From assembly GCA_038141355.1 (NCBI GenBank), contig JAYQHX010000002.1, positions 933,900-997,899 on the forward strand: a stretch of DNA of 64,000 bases. Reading direction: 5' to 3'. This DNA comes from Methanobacteriota archaeon (lineage in GTDB: Archaea > Thermoplasmatota > Poseidoniia > Poseidoniales > Poseidoniaceae). The notes beneath the pieces are model-generated. The model saw nothing but the letters and a program-made list of their open reading frames with translations. It did no database searches and was not told the origin of the DNA. Made by a program: the position numbers and the translations under genes. Below, piece by piece: positions 30,451 to 41,005 of this stretch. The first letter of the stretch is position 1. Every line of letters starts with the position of its first letter.

Positions 30451-30636
30451 TCATTTTCTTTGTAAAGACTCTTCATTTATTCTTATTATACCAGGTAATC
30501 TAGACAAATTATCAATATCATCCGGGTGAATACCATTTTTGATGTATTCATGAATTTCAAACTCTATGTTTAATTCTTGCAAAATTTTTACTGCTTCTCT
30601 CGATTTAGAACATCGAGGATTGTGATATAATCTCAT
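30451..30636 (-). CDS. ArsC/Spx-family thioredoxin-fold protein (YffB-like)
   Basis: MRLYHNPRCSKSREA motif. Start taken at the internal Met. Confidence 0.6.
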   Translation of the reverse strand: MRLYHNPRCSKSREAVKILQELNIEFEIHEYIKNGIHPDDIDNLSRLPGIIRINEESLQRK

Positions 30637-30650
30637 AAAATTTTCAACTC

Positions 30651-31310
30651 CTAAATAGGGACCCATATTACACGAAAACCAATTGAATCACTCTTCTTAT
30701 CAGGTGAAAATAATCTATAAGATGACACCTGTGTTGATTCAGATTCAGTCAACCAAGAACCACCTTTTGTGATATATTTTCCATCTTTTTCACTACTGGT
30801 CCATTCTGCAACGTTGCCATGCAAGTCAAACAAACCCCAATTATTCGCTTGTTTTTGACCAACTTCTCTAGTAGTTGCTCCGGAATTTCCAGCATGCCAT
30901 GCTACTGCGTCAACTTCGTTGTCTTTGTTTGAGTGATACCATTTAGTATCGGTCCCTGCACGACAAAAATACTCCCACTCATGCTTGTCAGGCAGCCTAT
31001 ATTTTCCATTCAAACCTAATTTGATTTCAGCATCATGTTCGTTAAGTCTAGAAATGTACTCATTACAATCGTGCCAAGATATATTTTCAACTGGCCTTAA
31101 ACCAGCCGACCAACCATCGCTGAATTTTGAAGGGTTCGTTTCCATTATAGATGTCCATTCAACTTGAGTGACAGGTCGAGCGCTTACAAAAAAAGGCTCG
31201 TTAATTTCTATCCCACAATTTGAACCTGGTTCAATTAAAACAAAAGATCCGCCATATTCATTATTGAAAGACGGTCTCATAATTATAGCCAAACATAATT
31301 TGCGTATCAA
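30651..31310 (-). CDS. formylglycine-generating enzyme (FGE/SUMF1) domain protein
   Basis: PVTQVEW, ISWHDCNEYISRLN, YRLPDKHEWEYFCRAG, WGLFDLHGNVAEWT, GGSW, GFRV. Confidence 0.75.
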   Translation of the reverse strand: MIRKLCLAIIMRPSFNNEYGGSFVLIEPGSNCGIEINEPFFVSARPVTQVEWTSIMETNPSKFSDGWSAGLRPVENISWHDCNEYISRLNEHDAEIKLGLNGKYRLPDKHEWEYFCRAGTDTKWYHSNKDNEVDAVAWHAGNSGATTREVGQKQANNWGLFDLHGNVAEWTSSEKDGKYITKGGSWLTESESTQVSSYRLFSPDKKSDSIGFRVIWVPI

Positions 31311-31375
31311 TCATACGGGAACGCATACGGATAAGCCTTATCCCTTATGGAATTTTCAAGAGACTTGGTGACACC

Positions 31376-33541
31376 ATGATGGCTGATGAAAACGATTCTT
31401 TAGATGCCGCTTCAGAAATTGAGGAAGCGATGATTTCGTCACTTGCAGAAGTTGTAAAAAATGTAGAAATCGAAAACACACAAGAAGATAGTTCTGTCGA
31501 TGTGAACGAAAATGATGAATTTTCAAACGATGAGGATAATGTTGTAGATGATGAATTGGATACAACAGTCACTGACATAGTTAACGAAGGAGAAGCCGCT
31601 CATAGATCTGGAGATTACGAAAATGCTCTTGAGTTATTCAATAAAGCAATCGCCCTCGACCCATCTAACGCTATGGCATGGTTTAACCGAGGTGTATTGT
31701 TAGAATCAAAACAAGATACAAGGGGAGCTAAACAGTCATTCGTGATATGCTTGGACATCGACCCCAATCATGGTCCTGCTCTTGCAAATTTAGCAGTTCT
31801 ACTAAATAGGCTTGGAGACAACAATGGTGCTGTTGAAATCGCCAACCGAGCATTAGAATTCTTCCCAGGACATCCATATCTTGTCAACATTTTAGAAGAA
31901 AATAAGAAGGCAGGTGGCATTGTAAATCCAGATACCGCAGTTTTACCTACTCCGCAAGAAAGACTAGTTGACCAAAATATTACTCATGCTTCTTCAGAAC
32001 TAGTTTCAGACCTATTTGATGATGAAGATGATTTCGCTGAAGACCATGTTGAAGAGATTGTTGAAGAATCCGACATCATCGAAACACCTGAAGTAGAAGA
32101 TGAAATAGATTTAGATGCGATATGTAATGAGGCGACACTTTTACTGTCACAAGGAGAAGCAAAATCTGCGCTTCAACTTCTTAAGCCATACCTTCATGCA
32201 GAAGCATCATCGAACTTTACTGCATGGAAAATTGGTGCGGGTGCTATGGCATCCATGTCCCTAGACGACCACGCAATATCTGCATATAACCATGCAATTG
32301 GACTAAACCCTGAAGATGCAAAGTCGTTCTTTAACCTAGGAGCATTGCATGAAAGGAAAGGGAATGTTGAGTCAGCAATTAAGTGCTTCACATCAGCACT
32401 AGAATTGGACGGTGGATATGAAAAAGCAGCAATCCGATTAATTTCTTTATCAGAAAATGCCAATGACATCGAGGGGCTAATAATTGGACGAAGATGCCTA
32501 GCGGATTTAGGAAATGGTCGCAGCGAATATGCTACCTTCCTTATTGAATTGGCAGAGGGAGAAGCTTCTATCCTTGAAAACACAAATGGATTGCCGCCGA
32601 CTATTCCAGCAGGCCCATCACTTGCAAATGAAGCAATGGAGTATTGTGATGAAGGTACAGTAATTATGGCAAGAGCATTTTCAGCAGCAGGACGTCATAC
32701 TGATGCAGTAAAAACATGGAAAATGATGATTCAATCCGATAAAACTAATCCAGAATTGTGGACTGGTCTTGCAAAATCTCTTGAATCCGCTGGGGATATT
32801 GGTTCCGCACAGAAGTGTCATGAAAAAGCACAAAGTTTGACTGCACTCCCAGTTGAAGATGATGAAATTAAAAATGGATTAGAGATTGATGAAGGAGAGA
32901 CGAATTTGCCTGTGGCCGTATCCTCTTCAGATTCTGTACCTTTACCTACAGTAGATGTTGAAGAACATCAATCAGTTCCGCAAACACCTCTTCCAGAATT
33001 GACAGTCGCACCTACTCCTCAAAAACCAGAGGCTGAACCTAGACCAGAAATCGATCTCGCTGCCGCTGCTCTCGAGGCTACTGCAAATATGGAACGGAAT
33101 CGAACTTTTGAGGCCAACTCTAATTCAATAGCGAATCAAGATATTGAATGGTACAATAAGGGAATCGCCTTAATCGAGGACAAAAAGTATAGAGAGGCGT
33201 TATCGTGTTTTGATAGAGCACTACCTTCATTTGCGAACAATGATGAAATGGTTATCCGTATATTAAATGGTAGAGGAAATGCATTGTATTACTTAGAAGA
33301 CTACCCCAAATGTGTTGAATCATATCATAAAGCCATGGTGATAAATCCAAAAGGAGTACAGGGGAAAACTCTCTACAACATGGGTACCGCATATGCTGAA
33401 ATGCAAAGGTTCAATGATGCAATCAAGTGTTTCGAACAAGCTATCCCCAGAGGTTTGGATAAAAGTCAGCAAAAATTGGCAAAGGAACAAATTAGAAGAT
33501 GCAACATTTTGCTAAAAGAACAACAAAGGAAAATTAACTGA
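31376..33541 (+). CDS. TPR-repeat protein with acidic N-terminal region
   Basis: Multiple 34-aa TPR units (AMAWFNRGVLL..., AWKIGAGAM..., EWYNKGIALIE...). 721 aa. Confidence 0.7.
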   Translation: MMADENDSLDAASEIEEAMISSLAEVVKNVEIENTQEDSSVDVNENDEFSNDEDNVVDDELDTTVTDIVNEGEAAHRSGDYENALELFNKAIALDPSNAMAWFNRGVLLESKQDTRGAKQSFVICLDIDPNHGPALANLAVLLNRLGDNNGAVEIANRALEFFPGHPYLVNILEENKKAGGIVNPDTAVLPTPQERLVDQNITHASSELVSDLFDDEDDFAEDHVEEIVEESDIIETPEVEDEIDLDAICNEATLLLSQGEAKSALQLLKPYLHAEASSNFTAWKIGAGAMASMSLDDHAISAYNHAIGLNPEDAKSFFNLGALHERKGNVESAIKCFTSALELDGGYEKAAIRLISLSENANDIEGLIIGRRCLADLGNGRSEYATFLIELAEGEASILENTNGLPPTIPAGPSLANEAMEYCDEGTVIMARAFSAAGRHTDAVKTWKMMIQSDKTNPELWTGLAKSLESAGDIGSAQKCHEKAQSLTALPVEDDEIKNGLEIDEGETNLPVAVSSSDSVPLPTVDVEEHQSVPQTPLPELTVAPTPQKPEAEPRPEIDLAAAALEATANMERNRTFEANSNSIANQDIEWYNKGIALIEDKKYREALSCFDRALPSFANNDEMVIRILNGRGNALYYLEDYPKCVESYHKAMVINPKGVQGKTLYNMGTAYAEMQRFNDAIKCFEQAIPRGLDKSQQKLAKEQIRRCNILLKEQQRKIN

Positions 33542-33573
33542 TTGGTTTTATCCACAGATTCATATGATTCTAC

Positions 33574-33969
33574 TTGGTGGCGAATAACATGGACTGCAAT
33601 ACATGCGACTCTAGCACCGCAGTTATTATCAATACTCCAGAGGTTGTCAGTGTTACGTTAACAATTACTGATAAGGCAAAGGAAATGCTCAACGGGGCTT
33701 TCGGTGACGACCGTTCAAACGCTCTTCTTGTTGGAGTCCTGTCTGGAGGATGTTCCGGATACATGTATGATTTACAGATAGTCGAAGAGACTGACCAAGA
33801 CTGTCAAGAACTACAAATCGATGGATTTAGAGTTCTTGTTCCAAATGCAACATCGCACTTATTGGATGGAATAGAGATCGATTACGTAGACAGATTAATG
33901 GGTGGCGGTTTCAAAATTAACAATCCAAATGCATCAAGTTCCTGCGGATGCGGAGAATCATTCGCTTGA
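33574..33969 (+). CDS. Fe-S cluster insertion protein, IscA/ErpA/HesB family
   Basis: GGCSGYMY and C-terminal NPNA...SCGCGESF motifs. Confidence 0.8.
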   Translation: MVANNMDCNTCDSSTAVIINTPEVVSVTLTITDKAKEMLNGAFGDDRSNALLVGVLSGGCSGYMYDLQIVEETDQDCQELQIDGFRVLVPNATSHLLDGIEIDYVDRLMGGGFKINNPNASSSCGCGESFA

Positions 33970-33979
33970 GTGTGAGCGA

Positions 33980-34639
33980 ATGGGTATTTACAAATTGGAC
34001 TCATACGTTCTAATTATCAGGGGAAAGGACAGGCTGTCATTCATTGACGGATTGTCAACAAACCAAGTTGAGGGAGATTGCTCTACAATATTCACTACTA
34101 CTTCTGCAAAAATTATCGACCTTGTAGACGTAATAGACATGGGCGACTTTATTGCAATTGTCGGCCATCAACCATACAAAGAGAATCTAATTCAACATAT
34201 ATCGAAAAGAGTGCTAAACCAAGAAGTCTCAATATTAGATATTAGTACAAATAATTCGGTCTACCTTTCTACAGAGGAAATTGATGTTGGGGATAAAATT
34301 ACCAAACGAAACACGTGGAGAGGCTGGTTGTTAGTAGCACCAAAGAGTGAATCCTTGAAGGCAGACATGTCTGATAATGATTTTAATGAGTACAGAGTAC
34401 AAAATATGATTCCCCATCAAGGATTTGAAATAACTCCTGATGTACATCCACTAGCCTGTGGACTTGGGGAAATGGTACACGAAGCAAAGGGCTGCTACAT
34501 TGGACAAGAAATACTAGCCAGAATGCGTAGTAGAGGACGTCAAGGAAAGGAATTAGTCAAATTACCAAATCCAGTTGAAGGCGCTACAACAATAGGAAAA
34601 ACTCACTCTTTAGCAATCGTTCGAAAGATGAGTGACTGA
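33980..34639 (+). CDS. YgfZ/CAF17-like folate-binding protein (GcvT fold)
   Basis: C-terminal KGCYIGQEILARMRSRG motif. Adjacent to IscA-like gene. Start taken at the internal MGIYKL. Confidence 0.65.
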   Translation: MGIYKLDSYVLIIRGKDRLSFIDGLSTNQVEGDCSTIFTTTSAKIIDLVDVIDMGDFIAIVGHQPYKENLIQHISKRVLNQEVSILDISTNNSVYLSTEEIDVGDKITKRNTWRGWLLVAPKSESLKADMSDNDFNEYRVQNMIPHQGFEITPDVHPLACGLGEMVHEAKGCYIGQEILARMRSRGRQGKELVKLPNPVEGATTIGKTHSLAIVRKMSD

Positions 34640-34641
34640 TT

Positions 34642-34662
34642 ACTCATGAACAATTCATGAGT
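34642..34662. terminator. 9-bp perfect inverted repeat ACTCATGAA-CAA-TTCATGAGT between convergent genes, then T-rich sequence
   Basis: Seen directly. Lies between the stop of the YgfZ-like gene (34639) and the stop of mdh (34708). Confidence 0.35.
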
Positions 34663-34707
34663 TCTGTTCCCCATAACTGACCTAATGCACACACAGGAGG
34701 TCTAATT

Positions 34708-35688
34708 TCAATATCCTAGAATATCTTTCAATTGACCTTTGTAGAAATTAGCAGACCCTTGTAATGAGGTTAATTCGGATTCGCTTAGATCTAATTCAAA
34801 AATTTGTTCGACTCCATTTGCCCCTATGATGGAAGGAACACCGATGTAAATGTCTTCCAAGCCATATTGACCTGTCAGATAACAGGATGCAGGAATTACT
34901 CTTCGCCGGTCGTTTAGAACTGACTCTGCCATAATTGCTGCTGCTGAACCAGGTGCATAAAATGCTGAACCGTTGCCGAGTAATTTGACTATTTCTCCGC
35001 CGCCGCTAGCTGTTCTTTCACTAATTGCCTGTATTCTATCTTCAGGAATCAATTGAGTAATTGGAATGCCTCCAACAGTTGTATAACGAGGAAGTGGAAC
35101 CATTGTATCTCCATGTCCGCCGAGAACCATAGGTGAAACATCTTCTTCTGCACAATTCAACTCTAGTGCTATGAAGTGAGCCATCCTAGCACTGTCGAGA
35201 ACACCTGCTTGTCCAATAACTCTATTTGTTGGAAAGCCGGTTACTTTCTGCATGTGGTAAGTCATCAAATCCAATGGATTTGTGACCATTATTATGACAG
35301 ATTCTGGAGCATGCTTTTTGATTCCCTCGCCGACTTGAGAGACAATTTCAGCATTCTTACCGATTAAGTCTTCTCTTGTCATTCCTGGTTTTCTTGGAAA
35401 TCCAGAAGTCACTACGATTACATCGCTTCCAGCTATATCAGCGTAATCGGCTGTTCCGGTGATTGTTCCATCGTAATTCAAAATATTACTATTTTGACTC
35501 ATATCGAGTGCCTTGCCCTTTGCAAATCCTTCAAAAATATCCAATAAGACAATATCCGCGATTTTCATTTGCGCTAATACAAAAGCGCATGTTGCTCCTA
35601 CATTTCCAGCACCAATTACTGCGATTTTCTTTCGACCTCTTGACAATTTAACACTCCCTGTAAAACCTCCGAGTCGGACTATGTCCAT
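34708..35688 (-). CDS. mdh: malate dehydrogenase (LDH-like NAD-dependent MDH)
   Basis: KKIAVIGAGNVGATCAF Rossmann motif, catalytic GGHGDTMVPL region and LDH/MDH length. Confidence 0.85.
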   Translation of the reverse strand: MDIVRLGGFTGSVKLSRGRKKIAVIGAGNVGATCAFVLAQMKIADIVLLDIFEGFAKGKALDMSQNSNILNYDGTITGTADYADIAGSDVIVVTSGFPRKPGMTREDLIGKNAEIVSQVGEGIKKHAPESVIIMVTNPLDLMTYHMQKVTGFPTNRVIGQAGVLDSARMAHFIALELNCAEEDVSPMVLGGHGDTMVPLPRYTTVGGIPITQLIPEDRIQAISERTASGGGEIVKLLGNGSAFYAPGSAAAIMAESVLNDRRRVIPASCYLTGQYGLEDIYIGVPSIIGANGVEQIFELDLSESELTSLQGSANFYKGQLKDILGY

Positions 35689-35784
35689 AAGGATAGGCGG
35701 TGTTGCGGCAAACACCACTTTTTAGATGCTCAACCGAGTCTTTCAATAACCGGATTTAATTCGGGAGTAGCATAGAGACCATAA

Positions 35785-36963
35785 ATGGAGGTAAATGTCT
35801 TGAAAATCGGAGTCCCAAAAGAGCCTGATGGTGAAACTAGAGTAGCGATAGTTCCAGGAAGTATGAAAAAACTATCTAAGGCAGGATTTGAATTGATTAT
35901 TGAATCTGGTGCTGGTGTAAATGCAAATTATAATGATTCGGAATATTCAGATGCAGGTGCAGTAGTTGGGTCTCGCGAAGATGTCTTCTCTTGTGACATA
36001 ATTATCTCAATCAGATTACCTAACTTGGATGAAATCCAAAAAGGGAAAATTGTTGCTTGTGTAGCAGATCCATTTAGACACCCCGATAAAGTTTCAGAAT
36101 GCATATCCAAAGGAATTACTTTGATGTCGATGGACATGATACCAAGAAGATTGTCAAGAGCTCAATCCATGGATGTAAACTCAAGCCAAGACAATTTGGC
36201 AGGATACAAAGCTGTCCTACTCGGTGCCGCTAACGTCCCTAGAGGCATTCCAATGATGACAACATCTGCGGGAACTGTCAAGCCTGCAAAAGTTGTTGTT
36301 ATGGGTTCCGGAGTAGCAGGGCTGCAGGCTATTGCTACGGCAAAAAGACTGGGCGCTGTCGTTTATGCTTCAGATGTCAGGAAATCCGCTGCTGAACAAA
36401 TAGAGTCAGTTGGTGGACGATTTATCGAAGTAGACGGAATGGATGATTTTGAAGATGAATCTGGGTATGCCAAACCACTGACTCCTGAATTTATTCAGAA
36501 AGTTAACGACACAGTTTGTGAAGTAGCAAGCGATGCAGATATCATCATCACAACTGCAAGGATATTTGGTAGGCCAGCACCTATTACCGTCCCAAATTCG
36601 GCAATTACAAATTTCAAATCCGGTGCTGTAGTTGTCGATATGAATGCTGATGTTGGAGGTAATTGTGAATCTACTATTCAAGGTGAAATCCACACCACAG
36701 AAAACGGTGTTATCATAGTCGGCACCTCAAATTTACCTGGTACATTGGCAAATACTGCTTCAATGTTGTACTCAAATAATCTTACAACCTTCATTACGAG
36801 TTTAGTAGACAAAGAAAATGGATTTACAATATCTGAGAGTGATGACATTCTAGTTGGCGCACCAGAAGGAAATGATTTCTATGTAGCGGGCATGGGTGGA
36901 GTGTTGCTATGTAAAGATGGAGTACTCCATCCAAAGCAAACCAGATTAGGAGGTGTGCTCTGA
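35785..36963 (+). CDS. pntAA: NAD(P) transhydrogenase subunit alpha part 1
   Basis: Alanine dehydrogenase/PNT fold, KVVVMGSGVAGLQA NAD motif. Confidence 0.9.
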   Translation: MEVNVLKIGVPKEPDGETRVAIVPGSMKKLSKAGFELIIESGAGVNANYNDSEYSDAGAVVGSREDVFSCDIIISIRLPNLDEIQKGKIVACVADPFRHPDKVSECISKGITLMSMDMIPRRLSRAQSMDVNSSQDNLAGYKAVLLGAANVPRGIPMMTTSAGTVKPAKVVVMGSGVAGLQAIATAKRLGAVVYASDVRKSAAEQIESVGGRFIEVDGMDDFEDESGYAKPLTPEFIQKVNDTVCEVASDADIIITTARIFGRPAPITVPNSAITNFKSGAVVVDMNADVGGNCESTIQGEIHTTENGVIIVGTSNLPGTLANTASMLYSNNLTTFITSLVDKENGFTISESDDILVGAPEGNDFYVAGMGGVLLCKDGVLHPKQTRLGGVL

Positions 36964-37271
36964 TGACACCAGAATTATTGATTGGATCTATTACATTATT
37001 TGTATTGGCGATTTTCTTAGGATTTGAATTGATTACTAAAGTGCCTGCAATGCTTCATACACCACTTATGAGTGGGGCTAATGCAATTTCAGGTATTAGT
37101 GTAGTCGGTGCATTAATAGGTGCAAATGTAGCATATGATGGTGGTAATACCGTCACTTCCGGCATACTTGCATTCGTCGCCCTAACTTTGGCTATGATTA
37201 ACGTAGTCGGAGGTTTTGCTGTCACAAATCGTATGCTAAATATGATTGCTGGAAAGAAGAGAGGTGCTTGA
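36963..37271 (+). CDS. pntAB: NAD(P) transhydrogenase subunit alpha part 2 (membrane)
   Basis: 102 aa, three TM helices. Start overlaps the pntAA stop. Confidence 0.85.
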   Translation: MTPELLIGSITLFVLAIFLGFELITKVPAMLHTPLMSGANAISGISVVGALIGANVAYDGGNTVTSGILAFVALTLAMINVVGGFAVTNRMLNMIAGKKRGA

Positions 37272-37272
37272 A

Positions 37273-38694
37273 ATGCTTTCTGATTGGATTTCATTCGGTT
37301 ATCTCGTTTCTGCAGCATTATTCATCTTTGGACTGAAAAAACTTGGACATCCTAAAACCGCTCCAAGAGGAAACCAATATGGTATGATAGGGATGTTAGT
37401 AGCAGTAATTACTACAATTGCTGACATGAATTTCGGCCAAGATGGAATTATCAGTTGGACCCTAATTATAGCAGGAATTGCTGCCGGTTCAATTATCGGC
37501 TACATCATGGCAGTAAAGGTCGAAATGACCGGAATGCCAGAAATGGTGGCTCTTTTCAATGGGTTCGGTGGAGCAGCATCTGCACTTGTAGCGCTTTCAG
37601 AATGTTGGAAATGGATTGAAACCACTGCACCATCACCCGGTTTAGGTGCTACAGTGACCATCGTTGCAGCAGGATTGTCTGCTTTAGTAGGATGGATGAC
37701 TTTGACTGGATCTTTACTTGCAATGTACAAATTAAAAGGAGGAATCGAAGTATTTGGAAAATGGATTAGAACTCCAACTTGGGGCCCAGGCTGGCTAAAT
37801 CCAGTCAAAGGGCTATTGTTCATTTCAGTTCTAGCATTGATTTATCTATCAATAGAAGACCCAACCAATGAAGAATACATATGGGGTATTATTGGAATAT
37901 CCTGTATCCTTGGAATTATTCTCGTATTACCAATCGGTGGTGCTGACATGCCAGTTGTTGTCAGTTTGCTGAATTCGCTTTCTGGAATTGCTGCTGCATT
38001 TACAGGATTCATCATTAATAATAGTGTTCTAATTGTAGCAGGAAGTTTAGTCGGAGCATCAGGATTGATTCTCACAATGATTATGTGTAAAGCTATGAAT
38101 CGACAACTTGTAGATGTATTATTCAAATCATTTGGCGGCGGAGATAAAGAAAAATTAACCAGAACTAAAGTTGGCAGTGATCCTGAAGAAGTCGCAATGA
38201 TGGCAGATGGTGCTCAAAAAATCATAATCGTTCCAGGGTATGGTATGGCGGTAAGTCAGTGTCAACACCAAGTAAAAGAATTCGCTGATTTGGTTTCAGA
38301 GAAATTTGATACTGAAGTTAAGTACGCTATCCATCCAGTTGCTGGAAGAATGCCCGGCCACATGAATGTATTATTGGCTGAAGCGAACGTACCATACGAA
38401 CAATTGATTGAAATGGATGAAATCAACCCTGAATTCCCTGAGTGTGATATGGCTCTAGTTATCGGTGCAAATGATACCTGTAATCCAGCCGCAAGAACAG
38501 GAGAAGGGCCATTAGCAGGTATGCCAATAATCGATGCTGACCAAGCAAGGACAGTTGTGATAGTGAAAAGAAGCCTTTCAGTAGGTTATGCTGGAGTCGA
38601 TAATGACTTGTTCTATGAGGATAAGACAATGATGTTGTTTGGTGATGGAAAAGCTATGATGACTGAACTGAATAATGCAATTAAAGATCTTTGA
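37273..38694 (+). CDS. pntB: NAD(P) transhydrogenase subunit beta
   Basis: Membrane N-terminal domain plus the C-terminal NADP(H) domain (IVPGYGMAVSQCQH, HPVAGRMPGHMNVLLAEA). Confidence 0.9.
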   Translation: MLSDWISFGYLVSAALFIFGLKKLGHPKTAPRGNQYGMIGMLVAVITTIADMNFGQDGIISWTLIIAGIAAGSIIGYIMAVKVEMTGMPEMVALFNGFGGAASALVALSECWKWIETTAPSPGLGATVTIVAAGLSALVGWMTLTGSLLAMYKLKGGIEVFGKWIRTPTWGPGWLNPVKGLLFISVLALIYLSIEDPTNEEYIWGIIGISCILGIILVLPIGGADMPVVVSLLNSLSGIAAAFTGFIINNSVLIVAGSLVGASGLILTMIMCKAMNRQLVDVLFKSFGGGDKEKLTRTKVGSDPEEVAMMADGAQKIIIVPGYGMAVSQCQHQVKEFADLVSEKFDTEVKYAIHPVAGRMPGHMNVLLAEANVPYEQLIEMDEINPEFPECDMALVIGANDTCNPAARTGEGPLAGMPIIDADQARTVVIVKRSLSVGYAGVDNDLFYEDKTMMLFGDGKAMMTELNNAIKDL

Positions 38695-38759
38695 TAATTA
38701 TCGAATTAAACTGCATGTTGTGACAATATTCAATAGGGAATTTCAGGTCGGGTCAAACA

Positions 38760-39503
38760 ATGTCAAGAAGGTTCTCGTTTTTCTTGGTAGCGGCATTGTC
38801 TGTTTTACTGGCTGGTCCCGCTATTGGTTGGTCCGAGGGGCCTCCTTGGATTCAAAATAACAACATTGTACCCGAAGAGGGTTGTGTTTGCCACGGAGCG
38901 GGAGAAGCTCCTTCGTCAGAGGTTATTCTATCAATCTCCGGAGTTCCTCGAGTTTACGAATTAGGAGGGGAATACAATTTTACCATTAGTTTAGCACATT
39001 CCACATATAATTCCGGTGGATTCATGATTTGGGATTACGGTGCAGGAACCTTTACAGAAGTTGAAGGAACAACATTTGTAGATGATTCAGGAGGAGCGAT
39101 TTCACAAAATTCTCCAGCGAATGATTGGGTCATTCCATGGCAAGCGCCTTCAGAGGATGTTGGAGAAATCAACTTTGCATTAGCAGGAAACATCGTTGAT
39201 TTGAGTGGTAATGCAGATGCTGGAGACCACTGGACAACCCTCTCATTCATGGTAAGCGCACCTGGTTCATCAACTCCTGATTCCGACGAAAACCTGAGAA
39301 CCATTAGCGTTGGAGATTACGATTCATTATTCGGACAAAAAACCCCCGAAGAAATCGAAGCTGAACGTCAATCAGAGTTGGCTGAAGATTATTTCGTACA
39401 AGGTAATTTGTACTTCTGGACAACATTGTCACTATTGATTATCGCCGCTGTGATTCAAGGAGAATTTTATGAAAGAAGATTCGGGGGGCCCAACTCATCT
39501 TGA
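38760..39503 (+). CDS. secreted, C-terminally membrane-anchored hypothetical protein
   Basis: Signal peptide, single C-terminal TM, and an unusual EEGCVCHGAGE motif. Confidence 0.5.
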   Translation: MSRRFSFFLVAALSVLLAGPAIGWSEGPPWIQNNNIVPEEGCVCHGAGEAPSSEVILSISGVPRVYELGGEYNFTISLAHSTYNSGGFMIWDYGAGTFTEVEGTTFVDDSGGAISQNSPANDWVIPWQAPSEDVGEINFALAGNIVDLSGNADAGDHWTTLSFMVSAPGSSTPDSDENLRTISVGDYDSLFGQKTPEEIEAERQSELAEDYFVQGNLYFWTTLSLLIIAAVIQGEFYERRFGGPNSS

Positions 39504-39705
39504 CATGAGCCTTGCAGTACCACAAGGAATTAGAAGAGGATTGCTTTCAATTGGTTTGGCGATTGGCTTAGGTTGGGCTATTGATTCTCATTTACCGTGG
39601 GGATACAATCTACTCATCGCAATGTGTATGCTTTGGGCATTCTTTGGTGTATATCGTACCGTTGTTCAAGCAAGAGCTGTATCAAAGCCAGAAGATCAGG
39701 TATGA
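39469..39705 (+). CDS. small two-TM membrane protein (hypothetical)
   Basis: 78 aa ORF immediately upstream of tatC. Confidence 0.35.
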   Translation: MKEDSGGPTHLDMSLAVPQGIRRGLLSIGLAIGLGWAIDSHLPWGYNLLIAMCMLWAFFGVYRTVVQARAVSKPEDQV

Positions 39706-39709
39706 TAAC

Positions 39710-41005
39710 ATGGATGACATGTACCTGTCAACTGATGACAGGGTTGATATTCAAATTCATCTTCAAGAATTGTCAAAGAGGATTTCAACAATAATTATCC
39801 TAATTGTTATACTAACACTAATTTGGTCAATATCTATTGACCAAATTTTGAAGTTTGTACTATCAAGTTTAGACCCTTGTATGGATTCATGTGTAAACAT
39901 TTTTTCTCCAGAAGAGTGGGCGGGCACTAGATGGCTGTCGGCTGGACTGTTGGCAATTTTTACAGCTGGACCATTCATAATTCTGCAAGTGTATTCTTTC
40001 GCGAAACCCGGTTTGCTGCCAAGTGAAAGAATAGTTTTGGTATCTTGGATGAGTATCTTTTGGCTTATCTCTTTCATTTCAATTTTATACACGTTAACAG
40101 AATTATTGCCAACTGTATATCAATACGGTCATTCTTTCAATCAAGATACTGGCTTAACAGGTAAATATGATGCTGCTGAAATGTTGAAAATATCAATTGC
40201 AATAGCATGGACTATAATACTAATTTTAGCAGCATCTAGCATTATTGTAATCGCTGGATTTATGAAATTATTATGGTCTGGCAATGCGGAATGGTGGCGA
40301 CTTAGGATTCACGGTATGATGTTGATGCTGATTTGGCTAATTCTTCCAAATGACTTACCTGGCCTTTTTATCACATTAACAATTATTGCAATTACTGCAG
40401 TTGAATTCGCAGGTTTCAAACACTTCCGCAGCCCTATGCCTATTGGTTATGGACTCAAAGATTTGATGAATTCAGAAGGACGTATTCAAAGAATCTTGTA
40501 TGCTGATTGCAGTTGTTGCGGTGTTTCTCCTAAAGTTCAGGCACTGGAAGGCATGGGAATAATCACATTCCAATCCGTATGTAGAAATGAAGAAGAGCAA
40601 AACATTTTGCTGGATTCAGTTATGCGATTCAACGTAAATCAAGTTATATTTTCGGGATGTTTAATTGAATCACTTCCTTTCCAACTCCTTGACTCTCTCA
40701 GATTCCTTGGCTGTGAATATCGAACTCTTAATTTAGCACATCTAAGTACATTGAGAACTAATAATGTCGATATCGATTATCAAATTGCAATGTCCCTTCT
40801 CATCAACCCATGGAGCGAATCTCAAATGCTAGAAAGATGTATGAGGATTATTTTAGAAAACAACATTAATTCTATTTTCTATGGCGACAATTTAGAATTC
40901 GGACTTAACTTGAATAGTGAAGAAGCATGGATTACTTCCCCAACAGAAAAGCTCTTAGAAATGCTTGCTAAAAATGGTATTAGCATTAATCGTAGTAGCA
41001 ATTGA
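39710..41005 (+). CDS. tatC: Sec-independent protein translocase TatC with ~190-aa Cys-containing C-terminal soluble domain
   Basis: HLQELSKRI N-terminal motif and six TM helices with TatC topology, then an extension with CSCCG and several other Cys. Start taken at ATG 39710. Confidence 0.7.
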   Translation: MDDMYLSTDDRVDIQIHLQELSKRISTIIILIVILTLIWSISIDQILKFVLSSLDPCMDSCVNIFSPEEWAGTRWLSAGLLAIFTAGPFIILQVYSFAKPGLLPSERIVLVSWMSIFWLISFISILYTLTELLPTVYQYGHSFNQDTGLTGKYDAAEMLKISIAIAWTIILILAASSIIVIAGFMKLLWSGNAEWWRLRIHGMMLMLIWLILPNDLPGLFITLTIIAITAVEFAGFKHFRSPMPIGYGLKDLMNSEGRIQRILYADCSCCGVSPKVQALEGMGIITFQSVCRNEEEQNILLDSVMRFNVNQVIFSGCLIESLPFQLLDSLRFLGCEYRTLNLAHLSTLRTNNVDIDYQIAMSLLINPWSESQMLERCMRIILENNINSIFYGDNLEFGLNLNSEEAWITSPTEKLLEMLAKNGISINRSSN

